Source: Thermoleophilia bacterium
GTDB taxonomy: Bacteria; Actinomycetota; Thermoleophilia; UBA2241
DNA: 64,000 nucleotides
Reading direction: 5' to 3'
Assembly (NCBI GenBank): GCA_016933475.1
Contig: JAFGAW010000027.1
Location: 403-64,402, forward strand
Below, one piece after another: positions 62,675 to 64,000 of this stretch. How positions within the stretch are numbered: position 1 is the stretch's first letter; each line of letters opens with the position of its first letter. The notes below the pieces were generated by a model, which worked only from the letters and a program-made list of their open reading frames with translations, was not told the DNA's origin and searched no databases. The translations under genes were made by a program, and so were the position numbers.

Positions 62675-64000
62675 TCAGCCCGTGCGCCCGGGCCGCGTCT
62701 GCGGCTGCACGCCGGGCAGCTCCCAGGCGTCGGCGCGGCGTGGGCCGGCGCCCGCCGGCAGCTCCTGCGCCGGCACGGGCGCGTTGCCGACCGGGCGCCC
62801 GGGGCGGCTACCGGGGGCGCGGCCGACCACGCGCAGCAGGTCGTCGACGCGCTGCGCGACCACGGCGAGGCCGTGCTCCTCGCTGTTCTGCAGCTCGCCC
62901 TCGACGTAGAGGTAGAGGCTGTCCTTGAGGACGCGCCCGCAGCGCAGGTAGACGTCGTTGAAGACCACGACCTGGGCGAGCTCGGTCTCGTCCTCGAGGG
63001 TGAGGAAGAGGGTGCGGTGCCCCGAGCGGACCCAGGGCATCTGGGCGCGCTCGAGCACCCCGGCGAGGCGCACGCGGCGGCCGTTGGGGACGGCGGCGAG
63101 CTCGGCGAACGGGGTCACCCGCAGCGCCTTCAACTCGTCACGCACGAGGCGCAGCGGGTGGGCGCTCACGTTGAGGCCGAGCACCTCGAGCTCGGCGCGC
63201 ACGCGCTGCTCGAGCGACCACGAGGGGATGAAGTCGAGCGGCGCGAGCTGGTCGTCGAGGGCGAGGCGCGGCTGGTCGAGGCCGGCCGCCGCCGGTGCGC
63301 CGGCCTCGTCGCCTGCGCCTTGCCGCCCACGCCCGTCATCCACTCCGCGCCCGCCACCGGTCATGCCACCGGTCATGCCACCGGTCGCGCCACCGGTCAC
63401 GACGCCCCGGCGGCTGCCCGCGCGCTCGCCGCCCTGCCGCCGCCCGCCTGGGCGGCTGCCGGCGTAGAGCAGCGGCAACTGGGCGATGAGCTCTTCGCGG
63501 CGCACGCCGAGGGCGTCGAAGGCGCCGGCGCGCGCGAGGTTCTCGGCGATCTCACGGCTGATACGGGTACGGGCGACGAAGTCGGGGAGCGACGTGTACG
63601 GCCGGGGCAGCCCCGGCGGCGGACCCGGGGCAGGCGGCGCGCCCGCAGCGCCGACCGCGCCGAGCTCGTCGCTCGCTTCGCGTGGCGCCACCCTGTCGCG
63701 CCCCTCGACGATCGCCCGCCGCGCCGCCGCGCTCATCTCTTTGACGTAGGCCAGCCCGACGCGCAGGGCGCGGCCGTCGGCCTCGACCTCGAACCACTCG
63801 CCGCTGAGATTGACGTCGAGCGGGCGCACCTCGAGCCCCCAGCGGCGCGCGTCGTTGAGCACCACGCGCGGCGAGTAGAAGCCCATCGGCTGATTGTTGA
63901 GCAGGCCGCAGTAGAACTCGGCGGGGTAGTGCGCCTTGAGCCAGGCGCTGGCGTTGCAGACCACGGCGAAGCAGGCGGCGTGCGCCTTGTTGAAACCGTA
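62675..64000 (-). CDS. dnaE: DNA polymerase III alpha-subunit family (DnaE/DnaE2-like) 3' portion; 5' end beyond the window; contains a (TGGM)n insertion
   Basis: Window edge translates to YGFNKAHAACFAVVCNASAWLKAHYPAEFYCGLLNNQPMGFY, matching the conserved DnaE region; OB-fold-like C-terminal region. Confidence 0.8.
   Translation of the reverse strand, partial: YGFNKAHAACFAVVCNASAWLKAHYPAEFYCGLLNNQPMGFYSPRVVLNDARRWGLEVRPLDVNLSGEWFEVEADGRALRVGLAYVKEMSAAARRAIVEGRDRVAPREASDELGAVGAAGAPPAPGPPPGLPRPYTSLPDFVARTRISREIAENLARAGAFDALGVRREELIAQLPLLYAGSRPGGRRQGGERAGSRRGVVTGGATGGMTGGMTGGGRGVDDGRGRQGAGDEAGAPAAAGLDQPRLALDDQLAPLDFIPSWSLEQRVRAELEVLGLNVSAHPLRLVRDELKALRVTPFAELAAVPNGRRVRLAGVLERAQMPWVRSGHRTLFLTLEDETELAQVVVFNDVYLRCGRVLKDSLYLYVEGELQNSEEHGLAVVAQRVDDLLRVVGRAPGSRPGRPVGNAPVPAQELPAGAGPRRADAWELPGVQPQTRPGRTG
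63364..63411. repeat. 12-bp tandem repeat x4 (CCACCGGTCATG and variants) inside dnaE, encoding (TGGM)n
   Basis: Direct reading; the first two copies are identical; the next two differ at 1-2 nt. Confidence 0.8.

Overview
Very high-GC (about 70%+) chromosomal segment that looks actinobacterial. Evidence for that is the codon usage, the eno/FtsB-like/DUF501/ppx synteny known from Mycobacterium, a PASTA Ser/Thr kinase, an LAL-type LuxR regulator and an actinobacterial-type Zur box.

The left third is housekeeping: glmU-prs-rplY-pth, a PBP4-family D-Ala-D-Ala carboxypeptidase, mfd, a parvulin PPIase lipoprotein, mazG, eno, pyk and ppx.

The middle and right are accessory:
- a tRNA-Leu;
- a five-gene Opp/Dpp-type ABC importer;
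- an MttB-superfamily methyltransferase with a decayed paralogue and a TetR regulator;
- a NifX-like/IscU-like/DUF89/DUF427 cluster;
- an SPFH protein;
- a zur-znuA-znuC-znuB operon with a recognisable Zur box;
- a QueG-like Fe-S protein, a CopA P-type ATPase and a PaaK-type ligase;
- an orphan receiver-domain GspE/PilB ATPase;
- accC and a two-CxxC PDO-like thioredoxin-fold protein;
- CinA-N and a class-I glutamine amidotransferase;
- an M48 peptidase with zinc ribbons, an EamA transporter and an IS256 transposase remnant;
- a frameshifted class-III cyclase convergent with the LuxR regulator;
- the 3' part of a DnaE-type polymerase gene.

The most promising uncharacterised unit is a minus-strand operon (12190-14686). 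It encodes a bacterial dynamin-like GTPase followed by two paralogous small proteins, each with a duplicated CPxC...CxxH module of no recognisable family.

Many long ORFs in the six-frame track are GC-rich antisense artefacts and were not called.
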